NCBI RefSeq assembly: GCF_044324875.1
Contig: NZ_CP172185.1
DNA length: 64,000 bases
Direction: 5' to 3' (one strand)
Source of the DNA: Escherichia coli
GTDB lineage: Bacteria; Pseudomonadota; Gammaproteobacteria; Enterobacterales; Enterobacteriaceae
The translations under genes were made by a program, and so were the position numbers. Shown piece after piece: positions 13,080 through 23,778 of the stretch. Numbering within the stretch: the first letter of the stretch is position 1; each line of letters begins with the position of its first letter. The notes beneath the pieces were generated by a model that was not told the origin of the DNA, did no database searches, and saw nothing but the letters and a program-made list of their open reading frames with translations.

Positions 13080-14020
13080 GCGTGGGCTCCTTCATGACGA
13101 CGAATGCGCGGGTCCAGCGCGGCGTTGAGCAAATCAACAATCAAATTACAGACCACAAAAACCACCACCATCATCAGCGTAAAGCACTGGATCACCGGAT
13201 AGTCACGGTTAAAAATCGCCGACACCGCATAGCGCCCGACGCCCGGCCAGGCAAAGATGTTTTCGATAATCATCGTCCCGCCAATCAGTTCGCCAATGTG
13301 CATCCCCACGGCGGTGATCATCGGCAGCGAGGCATTGCGCAGAATATGACGACGTTCGGTCTGTTTGTCATTCAGGCCGCGTAGCCGCGCCCAGGTCACG
13401 TGACGCTGACCGGCGACGTCCAGCATGCTGGCGCGCAGTAGCCGTGCATTAATCGCCAGCGACATAAAGGCAATGGAAACCGCAGGCAAAATGATGTGCT
13501 GCCAGCCGCCGTAGCCCATCGCGGGTAGCCATTGCAGATATACCGAAAACGCCATCACCAGCAAAAACGCCAGCCAGAAGTTGGGCATCGACACGCCGAG
13601 AAACGCGATGAAACGTACGGCGAAATCCGGCAGACGATCGCGATGGCGCGCCGCCCAGATACCGAGCGGTACGGAAGTGAGCAGAATTAATACCAGCGCG
13701 GCACCTGCAAGTTCCAGCGTGGCGGGCAGGAAGTTCAGCATATCGTCCAGCACCGGGCGTTGGCTGGCGAATGAGATACCAAAGTCAAGATGCAGCGCCT
13801 TCCACAACCAGGTGCCGTACTGGACATACAGCGGCTGATCCAGCCCCAGCATGGTGCGTGTAGAGGCCAGCATCTCCGGCGTCGGCGGCAGGTTAGACAG
13901 ACGCAGATAATCGAGCGCCGGGTCGCCGGTGCCGAGGCGCAGCATCAGAAAAATGATCACCGAGGCGGCGAGCACCATCGGGATCAGCAGCAGAAAGCGG
14001 CGTAATACGTAACGCAACAT
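13076..14020 (-). CDS. nikB: Nickel ABC transporter permease NikB
   Basis: DppB/OppB-type permease, 314 aa. Confidence 0.9.
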
Positions 14021-15594
14021 TAAGGTTTCACCGGTTTAATCTGTTCGAACGGAATTTCGGTGGCGATCGGCGCGTAGGGGATGTTACCCAGCTCCGGTTT
14101 TGATACCACCATCATTGAGATGTAACTGATAGGCAGATAAACCGCCTCGTCATGCAGACGGGTCAGAATGTCGCGATACAGCGCCTGACGTTGCGTTTCG
14201 TCATGGGTCGCCAGCACTTCGCCGATCTCTTTATCAATTAGCGGCTTGTCGGCTAATCCTTGCTGTGCCTGGAAATCAGCGTGCGACGGTACGCGCATTG
14301 AACTCAGGAAGGCGTGTGGATCGTATGGCGCGCCCCAGGTGCGGTGGAAAATCATGCCAAAACGACCGTCGCGCTGACGAGCATAGATACTGCTCTCTTC
14401 TTCGCCAATCAGCGAGACATCTGCGCCAATCTGGCGCATATCAGCCTGAATGATTTCCGCCATCGATTTGCTTAACGCATCGGTGCCGATGAACGACAGT
14501 TCAATGCGCAGCGGCTGACCATTTTTCTCGCGGATGTCTTTGCCCGCAGGCAACGTCCAACCGGCTTTTTCCAGCAACGCTTTCGCTTTCTGCGGATCGT
14601 ACTGGCGCGGTTTCAGGCCGAGGTTGGCATAGGGCACAGAAGGAGCAAACAGGGTGTCTGCGACCTGCTGGGTGCCATACAACGCGTTATCAATCAGCGA
14701 TTTTTTGTTTACCGCGTAATTGAGTGCTTCACGTACGGCCAGCTCGTTGGTGGGGGCTTTGGCAGTATTGAGCGCCAGCATCACGGTTTCGATCGGCTGT
14801 GACAGTTGGGTATGGTAAGCCGGGTTCTGGCTAAAGCGGGCGAAGGTATCGAGCGGTAATAACCCTTCGTTTCCGTACAGCAGGTCGATATCGCCAGTTT
14901 CAAACGCCACCGCGCGGGTAGTCGGGTCCGGGATGACGTTAAAAGTGATCTTCTTAATCGCCGGCTTCTCGCCCCAGTAGTTTTCGTTACGGACAAAGAC
15001 ATCGTACTGATTCAGTTTCGATTCCTGCAAAACCCACGGCCCGGTGCCAATCGGCGCTTTAATTCCGTTCATGGTTTCATGGTTTTTAAACTGCGAGGGG
15101 GCGATAAAACGGAAAGGGCGTGGCAGGGCCAGTTCTTGCAGGAAAGGATAGTAGGCGCTTTTCAGGGTGATTTGCAGCTCTGTTTTACTGAGTGCTTTGA
15201 CATCAACAATCTGGTTTGCCAGCTCCAGCCAGGCGTGACGTTGACGGTTATCGAGCACTGCGCGGAAGTTTTCTGCCGCCGCCTCTGCATCAAACGGTTC
15301 GCCGTTGGAGAATTTCACGTCATCACGCAGGGTGAAGGTCCAGGTTTTGCCATCTTCCGAATGGGTCCAGCTTTTTGCCAGCCACGGGATCACCGAACCG
15401 TCTGCCTGATATTTCACCAATGGTTCATAAACCATGCTCTGGGCGAACATCTGGTTAGGCGTGTAAAGGTGCGGGTTTAGTGGCCCGACATTCACCGGCC
15501 AGGCGGTGGTGATTTCATCTGGTGCAGCGGCATGGACGATAAAAGACGCACAAGCCAGCAGCGCAAATAGAGTGCGGCGGAGTGTAGAGAACAT
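14020..15594 (-). CDS. nikA: Periplasmic nickel-binding protein NikA
   Basis: 524-aa family-5 solute-binding protein with an N-terminal signal peptide. Confidence 0.9.
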
Positions 15595-15631
15595 GGTAAC
15601 CCCAATGGATTAAAATAGATGGCGGAAATAA

Positions 15632-15659
15632 GTATGACGATTTTAAGTATTCGTCATAC
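15632..15659 (-). promoter_or_regulatory. NikR operator (GTATGA-N16-TCATAC) in the nikA promoter
   Basis: Exact match to the known NikR operator half-sites with 16-bp spacer, 38 bp upstream of the nikA start codon. Confidence 0.75.
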
Positions 15660-15704
15660 TGATTACCTGTTCTGGATCAATAGATGGGCAGTCGGGTGGG
15701 CGGA

Positions 15705-16292
15705 TCAGTTAACTGAATCGATCCATTGCACACTGTCGGCGGAGAGCGTAAAGGGGGTAGGGGTGCAGATCGCCAGGCTTAAATTTTCTAGCTGACAATG
15801 GCTGACTGACAGTGATGAGTGATAGGTGCTGTCTACGCTGACGATTTGCCAGGCGCTGCCGCCACGCTGTTTAACGATGGCTTCTTTGCGCGTCCAGATG
15901 CGCCAGAACATTTCCAGTTGCTGATCGGGATGCACGGCGTCCATCTCAGCGTGTTCCCCGAGGCTGAACACGGCGTTCGCCAGCCAGCGCCAGTTGGCGC
16001 GCGGGCGAATCACTTCGATATCGCAGCCGACTTCGCCTTCATCGCTCAACAGCAGGGCGATATCGTCACCGCTATGGCTTAAGTTGAACCATAGCGGCGT
16101 TTCCGGCGCGAATGCCGGTTTGCCTTGTTCGCCATAGATGATCTCCGGTAGCGGGGAAAGCGTGTGCGAAAGTAATGCACGCCCCGCCAGCCAGCGTTCG
16201 CGTCGTGGACCTTGCGGTGCTTGATCGCGTAAAGCCGGTGGCAGTGGAGCTGCGCTTAAGGTCGAAACTTTCCCCAGAACTATCCGATACAT
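15705..16292 (-). CDS. acpT: 4'-phosphopantetheinyl transferase AcpT
   Basis: 195-aa product starting MYRIVLGKVSTLS; its start lies 1 bp after the stop of the upstream ketosynthase gene, so it is the terminal gene of the cluster transcription unit. Confidence 0.85.
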   Translation of the reverse strand: MYRIVLGKVSTLSAAPLPPALRDQAPQGPRRERWLAGRALLSHTLSPLPEIIYGEQGKPAFAPETPLWFNLSHSGDDIALLLSDEGEVGCDIEVIRPRANWRWLANAVFSLGEHAEMDAVHPDQQLEMFWRIWTRKEAIVKQRGGSAWQIVSVDSTYHSSLSVSHCQLENLSLAICTPTPFTLSADSVQWIDSVN

Positions 16293-16293
16293 A

Positions 16294-17523
16294 TCAGGGC
16301 CAACGTTTAATGATGATGGATGTATTAATGCCGCCAAAGGCAAAGTTGTTACTCTGCAAAAACTCACAATCAACCTTGCGGGCTTCATGCATGATGTAAT
16401 CCAGCGCGCCACAGTTCGGGTCTGGTTTATTCAGGTTTAGCGTAGGCGCAAACCAACCTTCGCGCATCATTTGCAGACTCATCCAGGCTTCGAGCGCGCC
16501 ACAGGCACCAAGCGTATGACCAAAATAACTTTTCAGCGAGGAGAGCGGCACATTATCACCGTAAATGGTTGCTGTCGCCAGACTTTCTGCCATATCACCA
16601 CGATCGGTCGCCGTACCATGCGCCGAAATATAGCCGATATCACTTGCACTTAACCCGGCGATTTTTAACGATTTTTCCATACAATATTGCATGGTCTCAC
16701 GCTGAGGCTGGGTAATATGTGCCGCGTCGCAGTTAGTCGCAAAGCCGACGATTTCACCGTAAATGGTCGCGCCGCGCGCTTTGGCGTGCTCCAGTTCTTC
16801 AAGAATCAGCGTACCTGCGCCTTCACCAATCACCAGCCCGTCGCGGTTTTCATCGAACGGTGAAGGTGTGGTTTTCGGCGCATCATTGTGCTGGCTGGTG
16901 GCGAAAAGTGTATCAAATACCGCTGCTTCTGAAGGGCATAACTCTTCGGCACCACCAGCAACCATCACCGTTTGATAACCGTGGCGAATGGCTTCCCACG
17001 CATAACCGATCGCCTGGCTGCCGGAGGTACAGGCGCTGGAGGTCGGGATCACCCGCCCGCGCAGGCCGAAAAACAGACCGGTATTAACGGCGGTGGTGTG
17101 CGGCATCATCTGTACATAGGTGGTGCCGGTGATGTTATTGGTGTGCTTTTCCGTCAGCATGGTGGCAAATTCGCTCACCGGACCGGTACTGCCGGTCGAT
17201 GAACCGTACGCAATGCCCGTTTCGCCGCTGGTTAATATCGGATCGCCAATCAATCCTGCCTGCTCTAACGCCAGCTCGCTGGCACGGGTCGACATTTGCG
17301 ACACGCGGCCCATCGCACGGATACGCTTGCGGGTGTAGTGCTCCGGTAGCGTGAAATCATCAACAGGCGCGCCAAGCAGGGTGTGCAGACCATCGTAGAC
17401 CTGCCACTCCGGCATTTTGCGCACTGCATTCTCATACGCCAGCAGACGCGCGGAAACGTCCTGCCAGTTTTCACCAAAGGCAGTCACGCCGCCCATTCCT
17501 GTAATCACTACGCGACGTGTCAT
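16294..17523 (-). CDS. Beta-ketoacyl-ACP synthase (FabB/FabF-like; ApeR-like by gene order)
   Basis: 409-aa thiolase-fold ketosynthase with active-site Cys (TSSACTSGS) and C-terminal His residues. Confidence 0.8.
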   Translation of the reverse strand: MTRRVVITGMGGVTAFGENWQDVSARLLAYENAVRKMPEWQVYDGLHTLLGAPVDDFTLPEHYTRKRIRAMGRVSQMSTRASELALEQAGLIGDPILTSGETGIAYGSSTGSTGPVSEFATMLTEKHTNNITGTTYVQMMPHTTAVNTGLFFGLRGRVIPTSSACTSGSQAIGYAWEAIRHGYQTVMVAGGAEELCPSEAAVFDTLFATSQHNDAPKTTPSPFDENRDGLVIGEGAGTLILEELEHAKARGATIYGEIVGFATNCDAAHITQPQRETMQYCMEKSLKIAGLSASDIGYISAHGTATDRGDMAESLATATIYGDNVPLSSLKSYFGHTLGACGALEAWMSLQMMREGWFAPTLNLNKPDPNCGALDYIMHEARKVDCEFLQSNNFAFGGINTSIIIKRWP

Positions 17524-18251
17524 AACATCCCTCCGTTGATGGAAATAACCTGGCGGGTGACGTAACCCGCAATATCAGACATTAAATAGCTGGCAAGCCC
17601 GGCAACTTCTTCCGCCTGGCCCATGCGTTTCATGGGGATCATCGACATTGCCTCTTTCAGGGCGCTCTCTTCCATTTCGATCATCCCGGTATCAATAAGC
17701 CCCGGCGCGATGCAGTTGACGGTGATTTTGCGCTTCGCGAGTTCGATAGCCAGTGCTTTTGTTGCGCCGATAATTCCGGCTTTGGCAGCGCTGTAGTTCA
17801 CCTGTCCGCGATTGCCCATCACGCCGGAAACCGAGGACAGCGTGATGATGCGTCCACCCTGGCGTGTGCCGATCATCGGCATAATGCACGGCTGAATAAC
17901 GTTGTAGAAACTGTCGAGATTGGTGTGGATCACCGCATCCCAGTCGTCATCGCTTAAAGCCGGAAAAGCGGCATCGCGGGCGATCCCGGCGTTACTAACC
18001 ACGCCGTACCAGGCACCGTTTTGCGCGATTTCGTGCTCCAGCACTTCCCGACACTGTTCGCGGTTTGCGACGTCGAAACTGAGCAAACGCCCGTTACCCC
18101 CGTTGGCGACAATGGCATTTAGCGTTTCCTGAGCGCCTGTGGCGTCACGGTGATAGTGAACGCCAATATTAAAGCCGTCTGCCGCCAGTTGGCAGGCGAT
18201 GGCGCGACCAATGCCTTTGCTGGCACCAGTAACCAGAACTGAACGACTCAT
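17520..18251 (-). CDS. 3-oxoacyl-ACP reductase, SDR family (FabG-like; ApeQ-like)
   Basis: N-terminal TGASKGIGRAIA Rossmann motif and YSAAK catalytic motif. Confidence 0.85.
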   Translation of the reverse strand: MSRSVLVTGASKGIGRAIACQLAADGFNIGVHYHRDATGAQETLNAIVANGGNGRLLSFDVANREQCREVLEHEIAQNGAWYGVVSNAGIARDAAFPALSDDDWDAVIHTNLDSFYNVIQPCIMPMIGTRQGGRIITLSSVSGVMGNRGQVNYSAAKAGIIGATKALAIELAKRKITVNCIAPGLIDTGMIEMEESALKEAMSMIPMKRMGQAEEVAGLASYLMSDIAGYVTRQVISINGGML

Positions 18252-18715
18252 CAGGACGCTCCTTGTTGAAACAGGGTGGTAAGTTCTTCCGCGGTCGGCT
18301 GGAAGGTGTTAATGCGGCCCGTTGCCGTGCCGTTGTTGATGCTGCACTCAAAACTGCCGAAGCGATCGTCTTGCATCAGGAGTTTGACGGTAATGGTCAG
18401 CGTCTGGCCTGCGGGCAGAATGCCAGCGGCGCAAAGCAATTCACGTGCGCCCAGTACCATCCCTAACTCAATACTGTTTTTGCCCTGCTGGTGGCGATGC
18501 CAGCCAGACCAGACGCCGACGGTTTGCGCCATCAATTCAAGGGCAAACCAGCCAGGGAGATTGCCGTCCGGGTCGAGAAACGGTGCCAGTACGCCACTGG
18601 GCGAGACCGTTACACGGCACACCGCGCTGTCATCGCTGACGCTCACCACTTCTTCCAGCAGTAACATGGGCGCGTCGTGGGGCAGATAAGCGCCGGGGGA
18701 TAAATAGTGGCTCAC
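18251..18715 (-). CDS. Hotdog-fold beta-hydroxyacyl-ACP dehydratase (FabA/FabZ-like; ApeP-like)
   Basis: 154-aa hotdog-fold protein between the KR and KS genes; 1-bp overlap with the reductase gene. Confidence 0.7.
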   Translation of the reverse strand: MSHYLSPGAYLPHDAPMLLLEEVVSVSDDSAVCRVTVSPSGVLAPFLDPDGNLPGWFALELMAQTVGVWSGWHRHQQGKNSIELGMVLGARELLCAAGILPAGQTLTITVKLLMQDDRFGSFECSINNGTATGRINTFQPTAEELTTLFQQGAS

Positions 18716-19890
18716 GAAACCCTCCCGAGCAGAATGCTGGCGTTATTGCCGCCAAAGGCGAAGGAATTGGACAGGATCACCGGACGTGCCAGCGGCTGTG
18801 GTTGTTCGATAATGCCGCACGGTGGCAGCGTGGGATCGCGCGGCGACAGGCTGAAGTCCTGAGCGGGCAGCGGTAAATCACGCTCTAAGATCAACATACT
18901 GATTGCCGCTTCGGTAATGCCCGCTGCGCCCAGCGTGTGTCCGGTCAAATGTTTGGTGGAGCTGCACGGTACGCGTTCGCCAAACAGGGCGTTTACCAGC
19001 ATCGATTCAATCTGGTCGTTGAGTTGTGTGGCGGTGCCGTGCAGGTTGATATAGCCCACCTCATCCGGCGTAAGCTGCGCATCAGCCAGCGCCTGGTTAA
19101 TGGCGCGAATTGCGCCTTCGCCCTGTGGATGCGGGGCCGAAATATGATAAGCGTCGCTCGATTCACCGACGCCCAGCAAGGCGATGGGCTGCGGTTCGCG
19201 GGTCAACAGCATCAGCCCCGCACCTTCGCCAATGGTGATGCCCGCGCGGTCACGACCAAACGGCTGACATAAGGTTGGCGAGAGCGATTCGAGGCTGTGA
19301 AAACCGTTAATCGGCATTCGGCTCAGGGTGTCTGCACCACCCACAATGGCGGCATCGACCAGCCCCGCCTCGATAAGCCTGCGCCCGCTGATCATCGCTC
19401 TGGCACTGGAGGAGCAGGCGGTTGAAAGGGTATAAGCTGGGCCGTCGAGCGCCAGCCAGTGGCTGAGAAAACGCGACGGATCGCCGAGCTCTTGTTGTGC
19501 ATAGTGCCACGTGGTGCTCGGCTGCCCGTGGGTGCGCAGGTTAACGTGCGTGTCGCCTTCATGCAGGCCGGAGGTGCTGGTGCCAAGCACAATCGCGATG
19601 CGCTCGCGGCCATATTTCGCAATAGCGTCATCAACCTGCGGCTGGATCTGCGCCAGCGCCGCCAGCAGGATCTGATTGTTGCGCGAGCGGTGCGCAGCGA
19701 ATTTTTCCGGGATAACCGGAAGCTCGCCATCCACGCCAGCCAGGACCGCCTGCGGATGCCCCTGCAACCAGCCTGCGCGCGGGCGCATGCCGGGAGCGAC
19801 ACCGCGAGTCAGGTTGGCTGCGATATCGTCAAGGTTATTTCCCAGGGCGTTGATCATGCCGACGGCGGAAATGTAAATCATATCAGTCAC
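18712..19890 (-). CDS. Beta-ketoacyl-ACP synthase (ApeO-like elongating ketosynthase)
   Basis: 392-aa ketosynthase with active-site Cys (STACSSS) and conserved His motifs. Confidence 0.8.
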   Translation of the reverse strand: MTDMIYISAVGMINALGNNLDDIAANLTRGVAPGMRPRAGWLQGHPQAVLAGVDGELPVIPEKFAAHRSRNNQILLAALAQIQPQVDDAIAKYGRERIAIVLGTSTSGLHEGDTHVNLRTHGQPSTTWHYAQQELGDPSRFLSHWLALDGPAYTLSTACSSSARAMISGRRLIEAGLVDAAIVGGADTLSRMPINGFHSLESLSPTLCQPFGRDRAGITIGEGAGLMLLTREPQPIALLGVGESSDAYHISAPHPQGEGAIRAINQALADAQLTPDEVGYINLHGTATQLNDQIESMLVNALFGERVPCSSTKHLTGHTLGAAGITEAAISMLILERDLPLPAQDFSLSPRDPTLPPCGIIEQPQPLARPVILSNSFAFGGNNASILLGRVS

Positions 19891-20467
19891 CTAAATATTG
19901 AATGGTGATGTGGTATTTAAAGACATGCTGTTCAATGCTGATTGGCACGCGTTTTCCCTGGCGATTCAGATAGGTGATTTCCGTGACCAGTTTGCCGCTG
20001 GCGTTACGCAGTTCGCGTTTGTCACCGTTGTCGCGAAGCGTCCATCCAGCGGGGAGTTGCGGTTGCCAGGCGCTAATCGGCCAGTGGCTAAGCATCACGT
20101 CAGCCAGCACCTGACTTGCGGGCGGCAACTGTGGGACGACGATGGATTGCTCGGCGCGTAGCCCTTGCGCATCGTAGGTCACCAGAAACAGACGAATGCC
20201 GACCGACGACAGCCCGGCAAGGGTGATTTTCTGGTCGTCGGCGTTAAGCATCACTAGCAGAGACTGGGTTTTGCCGTTGAAGCTGCCGCTCAATAGTTGC
20301 TGGGAATTAACGGCGGGCGAAATCCCTGGTGCCGGCAGCGTGATGCGCGTGCCAGGTTGCAGCCACGCCTGTGGGCGACCTTCCTGTTCCGGTTGCGAGT
20401 GGCTACAGCCGGTGAGGATAAGCGTAGCGGTCAGGGCGAACGCTCGCCAGAATGTGGGTTTGATCAT
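19883..20467 (-). CDS. Lipoprotein of the cluster export module (ApeN-like)
   Basis: Signal peptide with lipobox LTGC near the N-terminus; overlaps both flanking genes. Confidence 0.65.
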   Translation of the reverse strand: MIKPTFWRAFALTATLILTGCSHSQPEQEGRPQAWLQPGTRITLPAPGISPAVNSQQLLSGSFNGKTQSLLVMLNADDQKITLAGLSSVGIRLFLVTYDAQGLRAEQSIVVPQLPPASQVLADVMLSHWPISAWQPQLPAGWTLRDNGDKRELRNASGKLVTEITYLNRQGKRVPISIEQHVFKYHITIQYLGD

Positions 20468-22782
20468 TTTTTTGTTCTCTTTTTATCGGGCATAGCCAGC
20501 GGCGAAAGCAGGAAGGCGGTGAAAATACCGCTCACCAACACAATGCCAAAACTGCTGATGGCCTGGGTGGCGCTGAATACCAGCATTCCCAGCGCCAGCA
20601 AGGTGGTGAGCATTGCCAGCGTGATCGCCAGTAGGGAAGTTAACGGTGTACCGCGCGGATTACTGAAAAACAGCGTGTAATTGATGCCGATGCCAAGCAC
20701 CAGCACCAGCGCCAGTAGCGAAAAGAGATTCACCGCCTGCCCGCTCATCGCCAGCACTGCCAGACCGCAGCCCAGCGAAAGTACCGAAGGCACCAGGCTG
20801 ATAAGCCCTTTGCGCCAGCCGAGGCGGGCCACTGCGCCGCAGGCAATCACCGCCAGCGCCACCAGCAACAAACCGGTTAAGACGTAGCGGTAAAGTGCGA
20901 ACAACTCATCAAAGGTGCTTTTGCGATCAACCCAGGCAATGCCGCCAGGGTAATCGCTGGCGATTTCCTGCAACAACGCGCTACTTTTAACCCCTTCAAC
21001 CGGCACCAGTACGCCGCTTTCGCCGTTTTTCAGCGTCAGCCACAGCAGACGCCAGCCTTCACTGGCGGGGCTTGCCAGCCATTCATCGACCTTCACTGGC
21101 ATGGCGTTGAGATCCGGATTCACTGCCGCCAGCCCGGCATTTTGCAGTGCTTTTGTTACTGTCGGGGCAGCCGTTTTCAGCAGATGTAAATCTTCCTCCT
21201 GCCGCGCCAGGGAGTTCAGCGGAATGGTGCGGTAGTTGCTGATAAGCCCCTCTTTTTTCGCATTCTCCAGCGAGGCGGTAAATTTCTCCAGCCGCCGCAA
21301 TGTTTGCTGTGGAGAGTCGCCGTAAACTACAAACCATTTTTGATCGACGCTTTGTCCGGTCAGGGCGGTAATGGCTTTCTCTTGGGCCAGAATATGCTGC
21401 GGTAGCGCCTGTAACTGCGAGATATCGTCGTCGACGCGCAGCATTGACATCCCCGCCAGCGAAAACAGCGCCAGCGCGACGGGCAGACCCAGCGACAGTT
21501 TTTTATTACGCCGCCACGCAGCCAGCCAGCGCAGCATCAGCGCCATCGCCGGAACCGGACGCACCGGCAGGCCACGGCACAGCCACGGATGCCAGAACAG
21601 GACGGTCAGACAGGAGGCGCTCAACCCGACGGCGGCAAAAATCGCCATCTGGCGAATGCCGGGGAAGGGGGCGAGCATCATAATCAGATACGCCGCCACG
21701 GTGGTGAGCAGCGCCAGCAGCAGGGCATTGCGCACTTTCGCCAGGCTTTGCCACGGCGAAACGTCATTGCCGTGCACCATCCGCTCGGTGAGGTAATAGA
21801 GCGTGTAGTCAGCGGAAATGCCGATAACGCTCATGCTCATCACCAGCGTCATCAGGTGTAATTCGCCGAAAATCAACAAGGTGGCGACCGTTCCCGCCAG
21901 CGCGCCGATGCCGATGGAAATCACGCAAAGCAGCAATGGGCGTAAAGAGCGGAACACCGCCACAATCAGTAATATCACCCCCAGCAGCGTTGCCACGCCC
22001 AGGTTGGAGATATCCTGCTTCGCCTGTTGGCTGGCGTAATCGCTGTAAAACACCGTGCCGCGCGAGAGCAACTGCGCCTGCGGGTAACGCGTTTTCAGAT
22101 CCTTTTCCAGCGTATTCAGGGTCGTGATGAGCTGGTGGGTTTGCTGCATATCAAACGACGATCCCGCCAGTTCGCCGTGCAGCAGATACCAGTAGTTGCC
22201 CTGGGGATCCTGCGTCACCAGCCAGCCGTCCATCAGCCGCAAACGCTGGCCGTTTTTCGCCATCGCCAGCTGCGAGCCACGCATTAACATCAGCGGATCG
22301 TTTTGCAGCTCCTTACCGCTTACCCCGGAGAACGCAGAATAAAGCTGGGAGAGGATCCACTGCGCCTGCGCTTCGCCGCCGTTTTGCAGGCGCGCGCGGG
22401 TGTCGGGGTCAACCAGGCCGTTGCGGTGCTGCCAGAAAAACGCTCCCCACGCCTGCTGGCTGGCGGCATCCATTGGCCCTTTAACGTCGCCGAGCGCAGC
22501 GGATTTTTGCAGCAGCGTCAGCCACTCCTGAGCCACCCTGGGATTAGCCTCTTTACCGGGGCTGACCAGCCACACCAGTTGGCGGTCCAGACGCTGCATA
22601 AAGCCGTCATTCAGCGCTGGAGGAATATCGCCCATCGCCTGTTTGGGTAACATAGCCAGCACGCTACTGTTCAGTCGTGATTGCGGCAACAGGATCAGCA
22701 ACGCCGCCGCCATGACCAGGCAGACGATCCCCCATAACAGCGCCGGGCGTTTACTGGGCGGCAAAACGTTGGCGTTCGTCAT
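20464..22782 (-). CDS. MMPL/RND-superfamily exporter (ApeM-like)
   Basis: 772-aa protein with two blocks of transmembrane helices separated by large soluble domains, typical of MMPL-type lipid exporters. Confidence 0.8.
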   Translation of the reverse strand: MTNANVLPPSKRPALLWGIVCLVMAAALLILLPQSRLNSSVLAMLPKQAMGDIPPALNDGFMQRLDRQLVWLVSPGKEANPRVAQEWLTLLQKSAALGDVKGPMDAASQQAWGAFFWQHRNGLVDPDTRARLQNGGEAQAQWILSQLYSAFSGVSGKELQNDPLMLMRGSQLAMAKNGQRLRLMDGWLVTQDPQGNYWYLLHGELAGSSFDMQQTHQLITTLNTLEKDLKTRYPQAQLLSRGTVFYSDYASQQAKQDISNLGVATLLGVILLIVAVFRSLRPLLLCVISIGIGALAGTVATLLIFGELHLMTLVMSMSVIGISADYTLYYLTERMVHGNDVSPWQSLAKVRNALLLALLTTVAAYLIMMLAPFPGIRQMAIFAAVGLSASCLTVLFWHPWLCRGLPVRPVPAMALMLRWLAAWRRNKKLSLGLPVALALFSLAGMSMLRVDDDISQLQALPQHILAQEKAITALTGQSVDQKWFVVYGDSPQQTLRRLEKFTASLENAKKEGLISNYRTIPLNSLARQEEDLHLLKTAAPTVTKALQNAGLAAVNPDLNAMPVKVDEWLASPASEGWRLLWLTLKNGESGVLVPVEGVKSSALLQEIASDYPGGIAWVDRKSTFDELFALYRYVLTGLLLVALAVIACGAVARLGWRKGLISLVPSVLSLGCGLAVLAMSGQAVNLFSLLALVLVLGIGINYTLFFSNPRGTPLTSLLAITLAMLTTLLALGMLVFSATQAISSFGIVLVSGIFTAFLLSPLAMPDKKRTKK

Positions 22783-23356
22783 CGGTCAGTTGCGCTGGCG
22801 TCAGTTGATGTTGGGTAAGAGCGATATCGGTGCGATCGCCCTGTTTATCATTAAGCTGAATGCTCTCCAGATAGGTTTGCCCGGCGAGATCGATGGTGTT
22901 GAAAATTTTATCCAGCGGCGTGGTGGTCGGCGTCAGGCGCAGTGTCCAGCGGCCTTCGCCTTTGTCAGCAAATTCGACGCGGAAATTTTGTTCCAGCACT
23001 TTGCGATCGGCCTGGAACAGCGCGCGCAGCAGGTGGTTAAACTGGAACATCTGCGGGTTATTTTCTGCCGTGATGATTTGCGGCGGCTGACCGTTGATCA
23101 CCTGCACCATGCGTTTATCGTCCAGCAATAGTTGCATGGGAAATGGTGAGGTTTGATCCCACAACAGCCCCTGGTCGCGGGCGATCAACATCTGGCCCTG
23201 AGATCGTAGCGGCTGCGGCAGATCTTTAATCGTCCGGGTTTGATCGAAATGAGCGCGGATCACCGGCTGTTCGGTAAAGCGTTGCTGAAGATCGTCCAGG
23301 TTCAGGGCGCTCACAAACGGGCTAATCAGCAGCGCCAGCAGTGGTAAAAATTTCAT
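22751..23356 (-). CDS. LolA-like outer-membrane lipoprotein carrier family protein (ApeL-like)
   Basis: 201-aa secreted protein with a cleavable signal peptide; position next to the MMPL exporter. Confidence 0.65.
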   Translation of the reverse strand: MKFLPLLALLISPFVSALNLDDLQQRFTEQPVIRAHFDQTRTIKDLPQPLRSQGQMLIARDQGLLWDQTSPFPMQLLLDDKRMVQVINGQPPQIITAENNPQMFQFNHLLRALFQADRKVLEQNFRVEFADKGEGRWTLRLTPTTTPLDKIFNTIDLAGQTYLESIQLNDKQGDRTDIALTQHQLTPAQLTDDERQRFAAQ

Positions 23357-23775
23357 GGTTTGACTCCCATGCGTTCAAACAAAATATCGGGGCTGACAAA
23401 GCACAGTTCGCGGCTTTGCTCGTCGACCGCGACCTGAATGGTGTATCCGGTGGTGGCGCGTTTGCCCGTTTCGGCATCGAAAATCTGATAGCCAATCCGC
23501 AGACGGTTTTCGAACTCTTCGATATGTGCACGCACGCGGATGCGTTGCTCAAAGGTGAGGGCGTGGCGATATTTCACCCGCGCATCGACCACTGGCCACA
23601 AATAACCGGACTCTTTCATCTGCCGATAGCCGTAATTGAACTGGTTGAGCAGCGCCTCGCGGGCCACTTCAAAGTAGCGAAAATAGTTACCGTGCCAGGC
23701 CACGCCCATCATATCGACGTCGTGAAAGGGAATGGTCAGCTCGACTTCAGCGGTAAATCGGGGATCGTTAAGCAC
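23353..23775 (-). CDS. Hotdog-fold acyl-CoA/acyl-ACP thioesterase (4HBT-like; ApeK-like)
   Basis: 140-aa protein resembling YbgC/4-hydroxybenzoyl-CoA thioesterase family members. Confidence 0.7.
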   Translation of the reverse strand: MLNDPRFTAEVELTIPFHDVDMMGVAWHGNYFRYFEVAREALLNQFNYGYRQMKESGYLWPVVDARVKYRHALTFEQRIRVRAHIEEFENRLRIGYQIFDAETGKRATTGYTIQVAVDEQSRELCFVSPDILFERMGVKP

Positions 23776-23778
23776 CCT

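Noticed and set aside
16292-16412. N-terminal 40-codon extension of the acpT ORF overlapping the upstream ketosynthase gene
   Set aside because: The internal ATG at 16292 yields the expected 195-aa AcpT and sits 1 bp after the KS stop; the extension would overlap the KS gene by 119 bp.
19392-22650. Multiple ORFs antisense to or overlapping the cluster KS and MMPL genes (for example 19459..19908, 21371..21796, 22303..22650)
   Set aside because: Embedded within strongly supported multi-domain genes on the opposite strand; compositionally biased translations.
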